Made by a program: the position numbers and the translations under genes. The notes under the pieces are model-generated. The model saw only the letters and a list, made by a program, of their open reading frames with translations. It did no database searches and was not told the origin of the DNA. Positions 31,142-32,692 of a stretch of DNA of 32,692 nucleotides are shown one piece after another. The stretch comes from Gonapodya sp. JEL0774 (Eukaryota), in NCBI GenBank assembly GCA_027604505.1, contig JADIIX010000192.1, forward strand, positions 1-32,692, in the 5' to 3' direction. Positions within the stretch are counted from its first letter, which is position 1; every line of letters starts with the position of its first letter.

Positions 31142-32599
31142 ATGGCAACCCGCCTGCAGAGACTCATCGCTCTGCTCGACTCCGGCTCAACTCCCGCAGT
31201 CAGAAACGCAGCTGCAGTCCAGCTCGGTGACATACAGAGACAACGCCCGCAAGATCTCTTTCTCATTCTCGCTCCGGTACGTGTTTTCTACTGGTTTTGG
31301 TGTGGTGGTGGTGGGGTGGGGTGGGTTGGTTGGTTGGTTGGTGATCCCAGTGGAGATCGAGTTGGTGCGGGCTTGGATGGAGTTGGGTTTTGGTTTCCCA
31401 CAACGCACGGTCCACTCGACCCACCACATTTCCCCTCCACCCCCACTCTTCCCACTCCTCTCACCGACTCACCCCACTCACCCCACTCACCCCATCCACC
31501 CCATCCAACCAACATCCAAAACACTTTACCCCGACACCCACACGCCCCCGCACCCCCCTCCAGGTCGTCTCCCACCTCCGCTCCCCATCCTGGGACACCC
31601 GCTCCGCCGCAGCCACCGCAATCGAAGAGATCGCACGTGCTCTCCCCGAATGGGACCCTTTGCCTCCGCCTCCGCCTCCCTCCTCCTCCTCCCACTCCCT
31701 CCCCGTGCCGCACCCCTCACTCGCCTCTCCATCCCCCATATCCGCATCCCCCCCCCCCTCCTCCCCATTCCCATACCTCCCCGACCATCTTGACCCCTCC
31801 GACCCCTCCGATCCCGCCATTCCCCCCCTCTCCTCCGACCTCCTCTTCTCCGACGTCTCCTTCTCCTCAATCGTCCACCTCGGCCACCCCCTCCTCTCCT
31901 CCGCAGGCGCAGAGTACGACCCCCCGCCCGATCTGGCACTCATGGACCCAAAGGAACGACTCAAGTACATGAGGAGGCAGGTCAGAGAGCAGCTGGGCAT
32001 CGAGACCGCCATGGGGGGCGAGGCCGATTTGATCGACGAGGCCGATTTGTTGGGCGGCGGGGCAGTGGGTGGTACGGGGCAGTCGAACCAGGGGCAGGCG
32101 GGGCAGACGCACCAGGGGCAGATGGGTGGATCGGCGGGCCACCCCGGTGCAGGTGCCGCCCAGGCCAAGGAGCACGTGCACGTCGCGGTCCAAGACCTTC
32201 TCGACAAGAGCCGCAAGGCCAGAGTCGTGTGAGTAGTTTACTCTCATCCCCCGTCCCCCGTAAAAGAAAACACACTCGCATTTCACACCGCACCCCTCTC
32301 GTTCGTCGCGGTCGTCTCGTCGTGCCGGTGCCGTGGGACACACCTCGTCGAGCGTTTGGTGGTGTGTGTACTTGCTCGCTTCGCTCCAATACTCATCCCG
32401 TCCCCTCCTTCCCACTTGCCACCGCTCACCCCTCCCCACTCCCCACTCCCCCACACCCCACCCCTAGCCCCCCCCCAGCCCGCCCTCCTCCCCCCGCACT
32501 CCCAGACCTGGACAACCCCAACCTGTCCGCCCGCGAGCGGAACGCGCTCAAGAGGAAGGCCAGGATGGCAGGGAAGGGGGGTGCGGCGGGGGGGTTCAA
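31142..32599 (+). CDS. MOT1: TATA-binding protein-associated SNF2 ATPase Mot1/BTAF1, N-terminal part (partial); exons 31142-31276, 31564-32228, 32468-32599, continuing beyond the window
   Basis: MATRLQRLIALLDSGSTPAVRNAAAVQLGDIQRQRPQDLFLILAP|VVSHLRSPSWDTRSAAATAIEEIAR, LLSSAGAEYD, DPKERLKYMRRQVREQLG and LSARERNALKRKAR match the conserved Mot1 N-terminus. GT-AG introns are in phase. Confidence 0.93.
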
Positions 32600-32692
32600 G
32601 TGAGTTGGTCGTGGTGGGGGGGAGGGCGCGGAGCGGGGAGGGTGTGGTGGACGGGGCGGGTGGAGGGGTCGGGGGGGGGGGGGGGGGGCGCG

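Overview
Intron-rich eukaryotic genomic DNA, most likely from a zoosporic (flagellated) fungus. The evidence is fungal-type GT-AG introns with CTRAC-like branch points, plus a dynein regulatory complex subunit (DRC2/CCDC65). I assembled eight spliced genes by hand, checking exon phases: an ankyrin + 2xCCCH zinc-finger protein (+), a 9-exon secreted/single-pass Cys-rich surface protein that no single ORF reveals (+), a Sel1-repeat protein (-), a bZIP factor (-), leukotriene A4 hydrolase/M1 aminopeptidase (-), DRC2/CCDC65 (-), a membrane-anchored BAG-like protein (+) and the 5' part of MOT1/BTAF1 (+). The most striking element lies in the ~9.4 kb gene-free gap between the BAG-like gene and MOT1. 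It holds a degenerate tandem array (~22.3-30.3 kb) of roughly 35-40 units of ~170-215 bp. Each unit has two hairpins whose arms co-vary between copies (compensatory changes, G-U pairs favouring the + strand), separated by an A-rich linker with a conserved CACAAACGAGACC motif, and the units show ~1 kb higher-order duplication. This looks like a structured, polycistronic non-coding RNA array rather than an ordinary satellite, but its function cannot be determined from sequence alone. All alignments and pairings were read by eye; no searches or folding programs were run.
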